Origin: a virus
IMG/VR virus record: IMGVR_UViG_3300027734_000048
Location: 32,001-96,000 of that record
Direction: 5' to 3' (one strand)
DNA: 64,000 nt
Below are positions 29,314-39,865 of this stretch, piece by piece (position 1 is the stretch's first letter; each line of letters opens with the position of its first letter). The notes beneath the pieces were generated by a model, which was not told the origin of the DNA, searched no databases, and saw nothing but the letters and a program-made list of their open reading frames with translations. A program made the translations under genes and the position numbers.

Positions 29314-30738
29314 TTAATTGAATAAGTCGGCTGTTTTGAGGAAACTACCGCCCCATAGGGATTTTTCAACCATTTCAGGTTGATCCTGTACAATCTCGCC
29401 GAGATCGCCAGACTTTCGGAAAGCGGTGTCTGCTTCTACAGCATCTACACGCTTACCAAATTCATTGAATTCTTTTGAAACTGATGCAATATCTTTTGCA
29501 ACTGCTTCAAATGAACTTTTTGCTGTATCAACATCGACCTTTGAAACCTTAAGTGCTTCCACTTCGGCTTGCAATGATTTAACTGTTGATACTAGATCGC
29601 TAAAGGCTGATGTTAGAGTGTTCTTGATTTCTGCAATTGACTCTGCAATTACTTCATCTGACTTTGGAGCCATTGGCTTCTTGTCTTCTTCTGCCTCAAC
29701 ATCTGTTGACTCAGTTCCTTCATGAGCAGCAGATTCTTCAGCATCAGTCGGCTTTGCAGCCTTTTCTGTTGAATCTTCTGTATTTGTATCAGACTTTGAA
29801 TCGCACATGCATGCATCCATAGCCTTTCCACAATCTGGACATGTTGAAGCCTTTGTAACTTCATGTGTATTAGCATCTGCCTCTGGAGCAACCTCTGTTG
29901 ATTTAACTACTTCTGTTGCTGTTGCCTCTGTTGCTTCTGCAACTGTGGTTTCAACAACTGTTGTTGTTTCTTCTGTCATAGGATTTACCTCCTTGGTAAT
30001 CTTAGAAGTATTAATGCCTTTAGCACTATCAACTAAGAACTTTATCATGTTTGTTTTTTCGTTATCCGTTTTTTCGACGAATCCTATATTTTTCATTTCA
30101 TTACCAGTTACTGGGCTTGTAACTGATTCTTCTTCAGACAACAAAACAATGCCTGATTCGTTGTCGTAGAAAACATTTTCAAGGACTGTGTTTGATCCAT
30201 CGCCCTTAATAACATCAATGCCATCAACCTTTTCTACTGACATAATATTTGCAAATTGATTAGCAGGGGAATCTACAAGACTCAACTCTACTAAATCATA
30301 TTCTTTAATAATTCTAATTTGTGTGTCTGACTTCTCATCATAAGCGTCATCCCACTTATTCATTCTTCCGCCAATTGAAAAACCAGTATATGTTCCATCC
30401 AAAACTTTTTCCCATGCATCTTGTGCACCCTTAGAAATGTATGCAGAAACAAAAACACCAGAATAAAATTTCTTAGATTCTGGATCAAAGTACTTATCTT
30501 CTTTAAATGATACCATCTTTCCTACTGCTGATGGTGTATGCATTTCTCTAATGTTCCCACGGAATTTTGCAAATGCATCCATCGATGCTTCTGATGTTAC
30601 AATATCATTTTGTTTGTCTAAATTGTCAAGGGACGCAAAACCTGAGACTATGCGTCTTTCCTTATCGACTTTAGCAAATGGAAGGGAGAGGCGAACACTT
30701 TCGCCCTCAGTATCCCAATGGGCTTTAGATATGATCAT
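29314..30738 (-). CDS. prohead protease fused to scaffold
   Basis: HK97-type protease motifs (REMH, GFSIGG, ELSLVDSPAN) plus an acidic coiled-coil C-terminus. Confidence 0.88.
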   Translation of the reverse strand: MIISKAHWDTEGESVRLSLPFAKVDKERRIVSGFASLDNLDKQNDIVTSEASMDAFAKFRGNIREMHTPSAVGKMVSFKEDKYFDPESKKFYSGVFVSAYISKGAQDAWEKVLDGTYTGFSIGGRMNKWDDAYDEKSDTQIRIIKEYDLVELSLVDSPANQFANIMSVEKVDGIDVIKGDGSNTVLENVFYDNESGIVLLSEEESVTSPVTGNEMKNIGFVEKTDNEKTNMIKFLVDSAKGINTSKITKEVNPMTEETTTVVETTVAEATEATATEVVKSTEVAPEADANTHEVTKASTCPDCGKAMDACMCDSKSDTNTEDSTEKAAKPTDAEESAAHEGTESTDVEAEEDKKPMAPKSDEVIAESIAEIKNTLTSAFSDLVSTVKSLQAEVEALKVSKVDVDTAKSSFEAVAKDIASVSKEFNEFGKRVDAVEADTAFRKSGDLGEIVQDQPEMVEKSLWGGSFLKTADLFN

Positions 30739-30776
30739 GGTTATTATATTATATACCCTTTTTTACAGAAGTATCA

Positions 30777-32396
30777 CTATTCGGACATTTCAGCAATTGC
30801 ATCAATATCGTCAAATTTTCTGCCCTCACCCTTTGGATTTCGTCCTGCAACTGTTGCAGATCCATCAGACTGATTATTTGTTCGTTGGGCATCTCTGGCT
30901 CTATTTGTAGTTGCATCTGCTGACTGTTGTGGCTTAAGGTCTAGTGGCTGATCCCCACCATCTCTTTGTGGCATTCTCAAAATAGTTCTTGCCTCATTAG
31001 GAAGCATGATTTGATTTTTTACATAACGCTCAAGGATTTGTGATTGTGCAATTTCATCAGTTAATGTGAGTTCATTAAACTTAAACTGAAGAATATCTGT
31101 TTTTTCACGAATAATCTTATTGATTGGCTTTTCAAGTTCTCTTTGTGCTGGTCTTGCAACCTGTTCCTTAAATGTTCTATCTTGTGCAAGTGCTGCAGCG
31201 ATAGCAGATGAATCGGATCCGCCAAGTTTTGAAAGTGGCACCTGATGTGCTACCAAAATATCATCACGATTTTGCTTACGATACTTTTCAAAAGATCCCT
31301 CTTGAACACCATTTTCAATTGGCTCCATCTTAAACTCAACCTTATTTGTATCAGAGTCTCCTGGGAGTGGTATATAAAGAGTTCTATGATTTTGCCCCTT
31401 CATTCCAGTCTGCAAGAATCTAAACATCTTATCTTCTGCTTCACCAGAAAGTTTTGCACCCTTAAGAGTTACAACATATCGTGGTACTGCCTTGTTGCTA
31501 AAATAGTCAATATTGTATTGTGATGCAAGCATATCTCCTTGAAGTGCTGTGATTGCTGAAATAATATCTGGAACACCGTAAAAAGTATTTAGTGGAGAGT
31601 ATTCTTTAAAGTGAATAATTTCATTTGGTCTAGCATCTGCAGTTACTGGATTTGGGTTTGTTGCTCCAAAGTTACGGAAATAAACAACTTTATTTGCAAT
31701 AACCTGAACAAATCCATCACGCAGTCTTCTTGCTCTCATTGTTACTGATGGGATGTGACCAATGTATCCTATTTCTCCTTTTACCGTACGTCCAACTTCA
31801 ATGTATCCGTTTCCAGTTGCTTGAACATCTGTATAAACCTTTTCCATAATAGTAGTAAACGAGTCTTCGCTATTTAGACTTTCAAGCCAATCTGTTAACT
31901 CTATCTTTGCTCTTTCAATTCTTTTTCTAGCACGACCAACTGCTTCTGAATCTGAAGAAGATTCTAACTTCAACATTGTCCTTGAAGAAACCTCAAAGTC
32001 ATAGCCAAGACCAACAATGTTTTCTACCTTTGCATCAATGGCTGCATGGTTAGCAAAAGAGGTATCATAATAACTTGCAAGTTCATAAAGATTCCATGGT
32101 GGAGTAATAACATCAAATAAGCCATATCCATTTCTAAAAATAGTACCTGGATTAATCTCTTTAGACTTAGCACCATCTTTACCGCTTCTAACTGCTAAAG
32201 CACTATCCATATATTGTGGAGTTGCCTCACCCTTAGCGATTCTTGACGCTCTTCTTTTAAAGTTATTATCTAAACCAGATAAAGTTTTTAATTCATCCCA
32301 AGTCTTATTAAATGGATCTTGCTCTTTAAAAACATCTGCTTCTTGTGGAAAATTATCCATAGATGCACGAACTATATATTCATTTTCTTCTGACAT
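30777..32396 (-). CDS. portal protein
   Basis: TGNGYIEV, NEIIHFK, YGVPDI, F.N.A.P and PNEAR motifs. Confidence 0.92.
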   Translation of the reverse strand: MSEENEYIVRASMDNFPQEADVFKEQDPFNKTWDELKTLSGLDNNFKRRASRIAKGEATPQYMDSALAVRSGKDGAKSKEINPGTIFRNGYGLFDVITPPWNLYELASYYDTSFANHAAIDAKVENIVGLGYDFEVSSRTMLKLESSSDSEAVGRARKRIERAKIELTDWLESLNSEDSFTTIMEKVYTDVQATGNGYIEVGRTVKGEIGYIGHIPSVTMRARRLRDGFVQVIANKVVYFRNFGATNPNPVTADARPNEIIHFKEYSPLNTFYGVPDIISAITALQGDMLASQYNIDYFSNKAVPRYVVTLKGAKLSGEAEDKMFRFLQTGMKGQNHRTLYIPLPGDSDTNKVEFKMEPIENGVQEGSFEKYRKQNRDDILVAHQVPLSKLGGSDSSAIAAALAQDRTFKEQVARPAQRELEKPINKIIREKTDILQFKFNELTLTDEIAQSQILERYVKNQIMLPNEARTILRMPQRDGGDQPLDLKPQQSADATTNRARDAQRTNNQSDGSATVAGRNPKGEGRKFDDIDAIAEMSE

Positions 32397-32800
32397 TAGT
32401 CATCACTTCCATATTTAGCAATAGTGTCCTTAGCAGCCTGAACAGCACCCAGGTCGTTCATAGATGGAATTAATCCTTCTGATAATCTTTGCTTTTGCTC
32501 AGAGTACTCTTCTTCTGAAATTCTAGTTAATCCTGGAACAAAGATACACTGCCCATTGCCTTCATCTCCGTAATATTTTGCTGCATCACGTAGTTTTGCA
32601 ATTTGGGTTATGTCGCCCTTCATTGATTCAATGTTAAGAACAGATCCAGAACCATCAGTAAACCACTTTCCGTCTGCCTTCTTGTAAACATAAAGTCCCC
32701 AGTCATAATGCTTTTCAATAATCTTTGCACGAGACTCACCAATTTGCCCTTTCATTTTGGGCAATGCTTTACGCTTTTTCTTTGGATTTTCAATATTCAT
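32396..32800 (-). CDS. hypothetical protein
   Basis: ATG at 32800 lies 7 nt below TGGTATACT; coupled to the portal gene. Confidence 0.6.
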   Translation of the reverse strand: MNIENPKKKRKALPKMKGQIGESRAKIIEKHYDWGLYVYKKADGKWFTDGSGSVLNIESMKGDITQIAKLRDAAKYYGDEGNGQCIFVPGLTRISEEEYSEQKQRLSEGLIPSMNDLGAVQAAKDTIAKYGSDD

Positions 32801-32818
32801 AACCACAAGTATACCATA

Positions 32819-35800
32819 TTATACTGGATCTGATGTCTGAGATTGCCACACTATATCTGTATAAAGTTCATATTGATATGAGTTTAGCCTAAATTTTCTT
32901 GTATCGTCTACAATTATCTTATTTGTACCAACATAACTCTTATACACATCAGAAGGATCTACTCCATAATAAGACTTTGTGGACAAAACAAGTACCCCAT
33001 TCCAAACATATGCTGAATTCCAGTAATCCCACTCTAACTCTAAAGGCCCCAGATACTTAACCTTAAACCAAGGTCTTTCTGTAATATTTTGAACTTCCTG
33101 TAAGTTTGTGGACTTGTAATGAGAAACAAGATTAACAAGCAAAGGACCATTAATTTTAATTGATCCAACATAGTTATCAAAGTTAACAATACTGGAAAAT
33201 GATACCCCCAGCATTCCCCATTCCCTTATGGTTATGTTTGGCTCTTTTACAAGATTACCATTCCAATAAAATCCAATACCGTTTTCAATTTGTCCAGTTC
33301 TTGCATTAACAGCATATATTTTTGCTCTTTTGCCATCTGGATGATTTGCTACCATATAAAACTTTATAAGATCATTTTTGCCCTCAACCTCAAAAATTTG
33401 TGTTGGAGCATATGGGAAAAAGTCTTGATCATATCTAATTGCTGCCTGCATAGCCATAACTTTATAATTAGAAGATTTGTTTGAATTTACTGGAATTGAT
33501 AGTCCACGATTTACTAATGGGTCATACGAACCCTTCACCTGTATTCCAGAATTTTTTGTAAGATATAAGTATGGAGAACTACCCTTATAAATTGTGTATG
33601 GATTTGGCTTTTTATAATCATAGTAAATACCAGTTTTTGTATATGGATAAATCTGAACACCAAACCTGCTTCCAATTGGATTTGGAGCCACATCATTATA
33701 AGCCTGTGATGCTAGTTGCAAACTTTTAACTCTAACTGGATTATTAAGAATTCCACGCACTTTAAAATTTAAATGAACAACTACCGCAAGATCATTGAAA
33801 TTAGTTCCTCTTGGTGGGTATAGTAGCATTCCATCTACTACCTCATATTTTGTATTTATAAAATTATCGTAGATAGGTTTATTATTATCATCATAACCCA
33901 AAAGATATGTTCCTGGCTCAACAATTCCATTTTGCAATGGTGACTCTATATTTGTAAAATAAGAGTCTTTGGCATTTGCACCTGTTGAGACATACTGAAA
34001 ACTGACATAAGATTTTACTAATGAGTTTGATGTATCATACTTATATGTTTTTGAAGATTTATTTTTTAAGTCTGAATAATCCATGTACCCAGTAAAAAGG
34101 TGATTGTCAAGTGATTCATAAGTTCTTTGAATTGGATTTTGGTACTCAGATTGCAGTTCTTCATAATTCCAAGAGCCAACCTGAGATTCTTCTACAAACT
34201 TTGAGGGTGCTGGATAATTTATATTAAACTGCATAAAATCTAAATCATAGTACGATTCATTTTTTGCATCTGTAACATATTTTGCAAAATATGACAATGG
34301 TATGTGATCTTCCCAATAACCATCTATATCTATATCTAATGCAAAAGTATCAAAGTAGTTATTTGGGCTTAAGGTATAACTTGCTATATGATTTATTAAT
34401 TTTTGAGTTGGATATGAGTTAATGTTTCCACCATCTAAAATATAGTCCCAAAAATAAGAAGTTGCACCAACATATTGGCCAGCATCATAATCAATATACT
34501 GATTATAAGTATTAAAAACATTTTCAAAATTAGTAGGTGTTCCAAAATCATTAAAGCATTCAGAAATAAAAGAGTGGTTTCTTTCTGTTGCAAAACCTAT
34601 TTTATATATATTTCCTAAAAACATTTTAGATAGAGTTTTATCTCCACCAACATATAATTTAAGCCCTGACCTATTTCCAAAAAAACTAGAGACATCTTGG
34701 CCGTAATGAGAAGCAAAAGTATCTATATCTAACCCAGAGATAAAATCTTCTCCAACTTGTACTGGCACTGTTTCATATATGAATTTTTCCCCAGAAGATT
34801 TAACAATTTTATACTCTAACTCTAATGTATGTTGCAACTCAATAATAAATGAATTTCCAGTTATTTGGTCATCTATCCTAAATAAAACTTGTGGTGAATC
34901 TGGCACTGATAAAACTTTAAAAATTCCATAAAAAGATCTAATTGGAGTATTTGTAACATCTAAACTATCAAACAAAATATATCCGCTTGTATCGTTCCAG
35001 TCAGAATTTGGCCTTAATCTAAAGAGCATATCTGATTCATTCTGTATGTTCTTACATGCAGTGTTCCACTCTTGATTTGTTTTATTATTAAAAAATACCG
35101 TTGGCAAATTATACTCTGGAAGAGATAGTGCATTATTTGATGCAACTAGATTATCTATAGATGCTTGAGACCAAATACCTATATCTGGATAAGAATAATT
35201 ATTTGAATAGTTTGAAAATGGATAATCAATAAATAGGGATGTTCCACTATAAGATGCATTAATATTTTCTGGTACCTCAACACCTTGACCGTAAACAAAC
35301 CTTCGTTTTGCAACAATTGATGGAACCTGATAAGGATAAATTGCAACACAGTCTACTTCAATTGGAGATACATCTTCGTATGCATAAAATCCAATCCAGT
35401 CTTGATTTTTACCTTCAGAATTATATTTATCTGGTAAAGCAAGTTCTGAAGTTATCATGTTTAATGAAATTACCTGCTCTCCATTAATAAGAAGGTTTGC
35501 TGAGTTATTTGTTAATCTAACATGAACAATCATTGGCCTTACCCATTCACCAATATAGTGAGATCCATAATAATTATCAATCTTTAAAATTATGAAAGGG
35601 CCATCTACATAAATTCCATCTAAAGATGAGATTGGTCCACAAATTCTTTTCTTAACACTTGTATCTGAATTAATTCTGAGCCACATCTCTAGCGTTTGTT
35701 CTTTAAATTTACCACCCTCATTTAAAAAACCATTTCCAGGAATTATTAAAGATGGCAGATCTCCATTTTCTTTTAATATTGTTGTACTTGTAGATCCATA

Positions 35801-36553
35801 AACTAGAGGAATCCCAGAATTTTTTGCAACAAGTGCATTGTCAGAGACCATATAGTATCCAGGAGAATCTGACAAACCATAAGATTTTGCCTCAATCGCA
35901 TATGATGAATCAATTGCTATATCGGAAGGAACTAAAACTTTTTGAGCACCCAAAGATGTTGAATTAAACTCTTCTGACCATTGACCAAGAGTTATTCCAT
36001 TAACAAGAAATTCATAATCATTTTGTGAAATAGAACCACTAATATACTTTATCTTCAACACAATTCTAAAGGTTGTATTTTTATTTGGAATCTCAAAGGT
36101 TTCTGAGACAAACATCCATTTTCCATAAATAGATGTATTATAATTTTTTAGATTTTGAATTACTTTACCACTTAGTGGATCGTAGTACTCATACCCTATT
36201 TCGATTCCAGCAATATAAGAACTTAATGAATTTATATAACCACCAATAGAAAATGTAGACATATATGAATTTAGTGTCGTAAAATTACTTAAGTTATCGC
36301 TTATGCAAACTATCTCACCAAAACTTTCAGTGCTTAACTCTCCAGTAAGTTTAGTAACTGAACTATCTGTAAAAGGCTCATCGTATACGGAGTCAAACTC
36401 TTGCGAAGACCCACCAGTTACTGACCAATTGAAAACAGATCTTTCTTCTTCATTAATCAAAGAAATATAGTCTGCTTTATCATCCAATGCCCACAAAACC
36501 GTTGGGTGTTCAGCAAACACTTTTTCTGCATATAGATTTGATGGAATAGACAT
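32819..36553 (-). CDS. large virion structural protein (LamG/concanavalin-like domains)
   Basis: 1244 aa; YAEKVFAEHP..LWALD start, TLEMWLRIN and LLINGEQV LamG-like strands. Confidence 0.55.
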   Translation of the reverse strand: MSIPSNLYAEKVFAEHPTVLWALDDKADYISLINEEERSVFNWSVTGGSSQEFDSVYDEPFTDSSVTKLTGELSTESFGEIVCISDNLSNFTTLNSYMSTFSIGGYINSLSSYIAGIEIGYEYYDPLSGKVIQNLKNYNTSIYGKWMFVSETFEIPNKNTTFRIVLKIKYISGSISQNDYEFLVNGITLGQWSEEFNSTSLGAQKVLVPSDIAIDSSYAIEAKSYGLSDSPGYYMVSDNALVAKNSGIPLVYGSTSTTILKENGDLPSLIIPGNGFLNEGGKFKEQTLEMWLRINSDTSVKKRICGPISSLDGIYVDGPFIILKIDNYYGSHYIGEWVRPMIVHVRLTNNSANLLINGEQVISLNMITSELALPDKYNSEGKNQDWIGFYAYEDVSPIEVDCVAIYPYQVPSIVAKRRFVYGQGVEVPENINASYSGTSLFIDYPFSNYSNNYSYPDIGIWSQASIDNLVASNNALSLPEYNLPTVFFNNKTNQEWNTACKNIQNESDMLFRLRPNSDWNDTSGYILFDSLDVTNTPIRSFYGIFKVLSVPDSPQVLFRIDDQITGNSFIIELQHTLELEYKIVKSSGEKFIYETVPVQVGEDFISGLDIDTFASHYGQDVSSFFGNRSGLKLYVGGDKTLSKMFLGNIYKIGFATERNHSFISECFNDFGTPTNFENVFNTYNQYIDYDAGQYVGATSYFWDYILDGGNINSYPTQKLINHIASYTLSPNNYFDTFALDIDIDGYWEDHIPLSYFAKYVTDAKNESYYDLDFMQFNINYPAPSKFVEESQVGSWNYEELQSEYQNPIQRTYESLDNHLFTGYMDYSDLKNKSSKTYKYDTSNSLVKSYVSFQYVSTGANAKDSYFTNIESPLQNGIVEPGTYLLGYDDNNKPIYDNFINTKYEVVDGMLLYPPRGTNFNDLAVVVHLNFKVRGILNNPVRVKSLQLASQAYNDVAPNPIGSRFGVQIYPYTKTGIYYDYKKPNPYTIYKGSSPYLYLTKNSGIQVKGSYDPLVNRGLSIPVNSNKSSNYKVMAMQAAIRYDQDFFPYAPTQIFEVEGKNDLIKFYMVANHPDGKRAKIYAVNARTGQIENGIGFYWNGNLVKEPNITIREWGMLGVSFSSIVNFDNYVGSIKINGPLLVNLVSHYKSTNLQEVQNITERPWFKVKYLGPLELEWDYWNSAYVWNGVLVLSTKSYYGVDPSDVYKSYVGTNKIIVDDTRKFRLNSYQYELYTDIVWQSQTSDPV

Positions 36554-36568
36554 TATAGGTCTATTTTA

Positions 36569-37090
36569 TCATACTATGCGGGTAAACCATCTTGGAAGTG
36601 CATATCTATTTGAGCCAGTAATTTTTTTTACACCGTGCATAAAAGAGGGATTATCTGGAAAAGCAATCATATCTCCAGTCTTGGGTTTAATCTCTATATC
36701 ATGGTCTGGGAAATAAATTTCTCCACCACCATAATTATCATTTAAATATATTAGTGTTGCAATATCATTTGGTCTAGATGTATCAAAATGTGCTGGCATA
36801 TCTGCATCTATATCAAATTTTGAAATATGTGTCTTTCTTTCTAAAAAATCTTGAAATGGTCCTTCATAATCTTCAAGTATTTGACTGTATGCTTTTTTTG
36901 CAACATTTTGTAATAAACTTATTACATTTACATCATTTTTTGAAATTTCCTGAAAGGTCTGTATTTTAAAATAATCTATATGCTCATATTTAAAAAAAGA
37001 ACTATCTGTTTTTTTGGAATAATCATATATGATTTCTGCAAGTTCTGAACTAATAAAGTTTGGATAAATTTTTATTAAATCTGAACTCAT
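36569..37090 (-). CDS. 2OG-Fe(II) oxygenase, prolyl-4-hydroxylase-like
   Basis: HFD...YLNDNYGGGEIYF...HGV....G.RY (HxD...H...R). Confidence 0.85.
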   Translation of the reverse strand: MSSDLIKIYPNFISSELAEIIYDYSKKTDSSFFKYEHIDYFKIQTFQEISKNDVNVISLLQNVAKKAYSQILEDYEGPFQDFLERKTHISKFDIDADMPAHFDTSRPNDIATLIYLNDNYGGGEIYFPDHDIEIKPKTGDMIAFPDNPSFMHGVKKITGSNRYALPRWFTRIV

Positions 37091-39117
37091 GATATTTTTA
37101 TTTCACAATAATCTGTTGTACAGTATGCCTCACCCATTGCTTCTAGGTTATCTACACCGTCGTAAATTGCACCAAAATCAATATGCTTTAACTTACCTAC
37201 ATAACTATTATACTCCTCTTCAGAAATCTGAGTATATGGCTGTTGAGGATAAACAGTATTTCCCATTGGCAAGAATGATACTGCCTTTAACTGTCCCTCG
37301 TACATATGCAATGCTGGAACAACATGCTTTGATTCTGTTTCCTTGTCAAAAGACAAAGTTACAGAAACCCCATTATCTGACCAATACTTTTGAGCAGTTG
37401 CTGCAAGTGCAATTTTTTCAAATAGCGTTACATCTTTTTCAGATCTTGGATGACCTGACTTGATTGGGAAGTAAACTACTGATGTATTTGCTGATACTAC
37501 GTCGTCTTCAATTGTGTACCCTGCTGCTTTGAACAAGTGCGTCATTGGATCTGTGTTTCCAAATCGAACTGCACGAAGGAAGAAGTTTCCTCCAGGTCCC
37601 CAGTGAACTCCAGGAGTTGCACCAGAAAGAATTGAAACTGATCCTGATGGCTTAACTGTTGTTACACGAATTGATTCACGAACACAAAGCCATTCTGAAT
37701 ACTGATGATCGTAGTGACGAATCTTGTTGTATCCTTCATCCATCCACTCACGAACGATTGGCAAACCCTTTTGATCTGCAAAGGAAGCAATACCAGTAAG
37801 TGATGTACCAATACGACGATTGCGTTGCATGATACCGTTTGTTTGTGGCCAGTGTGTTGGAACAAGTGTAACAGTCTTTCCATAAAGGTATGCAAACTTC
37901 AGGGTACGCAGGAAGTCCTCCTTAGATTCATGACGATTCAGGTGCACTTCTACAAGTGTACATAGTTCGTATGACTCCAATGGCTGCTCCGCACATGGGT
38001 TAAACCCCATCACACGATAATCTTTACCGTCTGGCGCATCCTTTAGTCGTCCATAATTACGAGCAACATCAAGCCAAATAAAACCTGGCTCTCCATTTTC
38101 CGTAATTAAATCTACATAATCTTCATACTTTGTTCCTACTTCTGCTGAAATAGAGTTATTAGACATCCAAGCCCAACCTGGATTTTCTGGGTCAAATGAG
38201 TTACGCTCTGGGAACATCTCTGAGTTCTTTAAGTTCATAAATGTATCATCGCCAGCGTTACCCAAAGCAAGTGTTGCTGATCTACGAACATTTCCTGATA
38301 CAACGCATGTACCAATAAGGTTTACCAAATCTACAATAGCACGAGAATCCAGTGTTTCTCCACCTCTGGAGCCGATTACACGGTCTATTTGGTCGTGCAA
38401 CTTGATAAGAGGTGCAGGCCCTGACGCAACGCCTCCAAAGCCCTTAATGGGTGCTCCAAGAGGTCTGATCAAATCATAATTAAACTTCTGAATACTTTGG
38501 TTTGCTCTAAGGTATGAGTTGATTAGAAGTCTAACTGACTCTACCCATCCTTCACGAGTGTCTGGAATTTCAAAGATCTCTTCTGGCTCTGTTGGGGTAT
38601 AGATTAAGAAATTCTTATCCTGTCCCACTGTATCAAATCCTACACCAATGCCAAGCATTAATGCATCCATAACCCAAGCAAACAAGGCTCCTGGATCATT
38701 CTTATCAAGATCCTTGGTTGATACCATTGCACAGTTTTGTAGTGCTGCTGAGTTCTTCTTCTCCATAGTCATAGGAGTTCCAAATGCCCACATTCCTCGA
38801 CCTGGTGGAGTCCACTTCAATTCAAACATTCTTTGGAATGCTTCTTGTGCAGATTTTTGAGCCTTGTAGTCATTCCATGGTAAGCGGTTTTCTTTAGCAT
38901 GATTCTTCTGAACTGAATACATACCTTCAATTACACGACGACAAACCTCATGCCATCTTTCTTTAGTTCCATCTTCCTTCATGCGAGAATAAGTACGAAT
39001 AAAAGTAATTTCTCCAAGTGAATTTTCTGCTGCATCTTTAAAACCAAATGGACTTTCTGTATTCTTGTACTTTTCTACAAAATCTTCTGGAAGTCTAAAA
39101 CTAAAAAAATCGGTCAT
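37087..39117 (-). CDS. nrdJ: class II (adenosylcobalamin-dependent) ribonucleotide reductase
   Basis: TPPGRG, NC, GNVRRSA, NPCAEQ, LC, TTVKPSG and a C-terminal CTTDYC redox pair; no small-subunit gene nearby. Confidence 0.93.
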   Translation of the reverse strand: MTDFFSFRLPEDFVEKYKNTESPFGFKDAAENSLGEITFIRTYSRMKEDGTKERWHEVCRRVIEGMYSVQKNHAKENRLPWNDYKAQKSAQEAFQRMFELKWTPPGRGMWAFGTPMTMEKKNSAALQNCAMVSTKDLDKNDPGALFAWVMDALMLGIGVGFDTVGQDKNFLIYTPTEPEEIFEIPDTREGWVESVRLLINSYLRANQSIQKFNYDLIRPLGAPIKGFGGVASGPAPLIKLHDQIDRVIGSRGGETLDSRAIVDLVNLIGTCVVSGNVRRSATLALGNAGDDTFMNLKNSEMFPERNSFDPENPGWAWMSNNSISAEVGTKYEDYVDLITENGEPGFIWLDVARNYGRLKDAPDGKDYRVMGFNPCAEQPLESYELCTLVEVHLNRHESKEDFLRTLKFAYLYGKTVTLVPTHWPQTNGIMQRNRRIGTSLTGIASFADQKGLPIVREWMDEGYNKIRHYDHQYSEWLCVRESIRVTTVKPSGSVSILSGATPGVHWGPGGNFFLRAVRFGNTDPMTHLFKAAGYTIEDDVVSANTSVVYFPIKSGHPRSEKDVTLFEKIALAATAQKYWSDNGVSVTLSFDKETESKHVVPALHMYEGQLKAVSFLPMGNTVYPQQPYTQISEEEYNSYVGKLKHIDFGAIYDGVDNLEAMGEAYCTTDYCEIKIS

Positions 39118-39220
39118 GTGTATCGTCCTTTCAAAAACGGAATAGTGTTAAGTATAGCAGAGTTTTATAAAAGTTAAAACTGTAAGTAAATCTTTACTTT
39201 AGAGTTAACAAAAACTAAAA

Positions 39221-39865
39221 TTATCCAATTGGAATCCAGTGTTGTTGTTGCGATCCAAGCATTTGTGATAATGGTGATAAATCATATGCAATTGTAATTC
39301 TTGGAGTTGTTTCGCTCCAACCACCTATTCCGTGTGGGTGACCAGTTTCTGAAAGGATAGCACGATTGTTTTTGTTTATATTATCAAAAAGATCTTCCCC
39401 ATTGATTCTGTATCTAGTATATGATGGTTCTGCATTTACACAATAATATCCATGAAATATTGGTGCTCCAGTTCCATTCATATGATCATGCAATCCGTCT
39501 TTTGTTTTATCATTAAGTTTTGGATCAAAGTTGTAGTTTATATTAAACCACCCCTGAATCATATACTGTTCTTTTTTAATATCTATTTCATAATAATATG
39601 TTGCTTCTTTTAACATGTCTTCAATGTTTGAATATAAGTTATAAATCATGTGATTATGAAATTGAAAAATGTTATATTTTTGAGCAAGCATGCTTGTAAA
39701 ATTTGGATATTTTGATTTTATATCATTAAATTCTTCTTTAGATAGTCCAGGTAGTTCTCCATTTTTCAAGGATGTCTCTAGTTTTAAAACATAGTCTACT
39801 AATTCAACTAAGTTGTTATCTAGTGATCTTTCAAAAAATCTATGACCTTTATTATTTGTGTTCAT
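39221..39865 (-). CDS. putative 2OG-Fe(II) oxygenase / cupin
   Basis: GWFNIN...LHDH...FHGYYCV...HPH...RITIAYD; ATGA-coupled start at 39865. Confidence 0.65.
   Translation of the reverse strand: MNTNNKGHRFFERSLDNNLVELVDYVLKLETSLKNGELPGLSKEEFNDIKSKYPNFTSMLAQKYNIFQFHNHMIYNLYSNIEDMLKEATYYYEIDIKKEQYMIQGWFNINYNFDPKLNDKTKDGLHDHMNGTGAPIFHGYYCVNAEPSYTRYRINGEDLFDNINKNNRAILSETGHPHGIGGWSETTPRITIAYDLSPLSQMLGSQQQHWIPIG

Noticed and set aside
1-39117. Inteins or introns in dnaE, dnaB or nrdJ
   Set aside because: Motif spacing and lengths look normal, and no LAGLIDADG/Hint blocks or frame breaks were noticed
39118-39220. Cobalamin riboswitch or NrdR box upstream of nrdJ
   Set aside because: The region is short and AT-rich with only a TGCTATACT -10 and an RBS; no recognisable consensus
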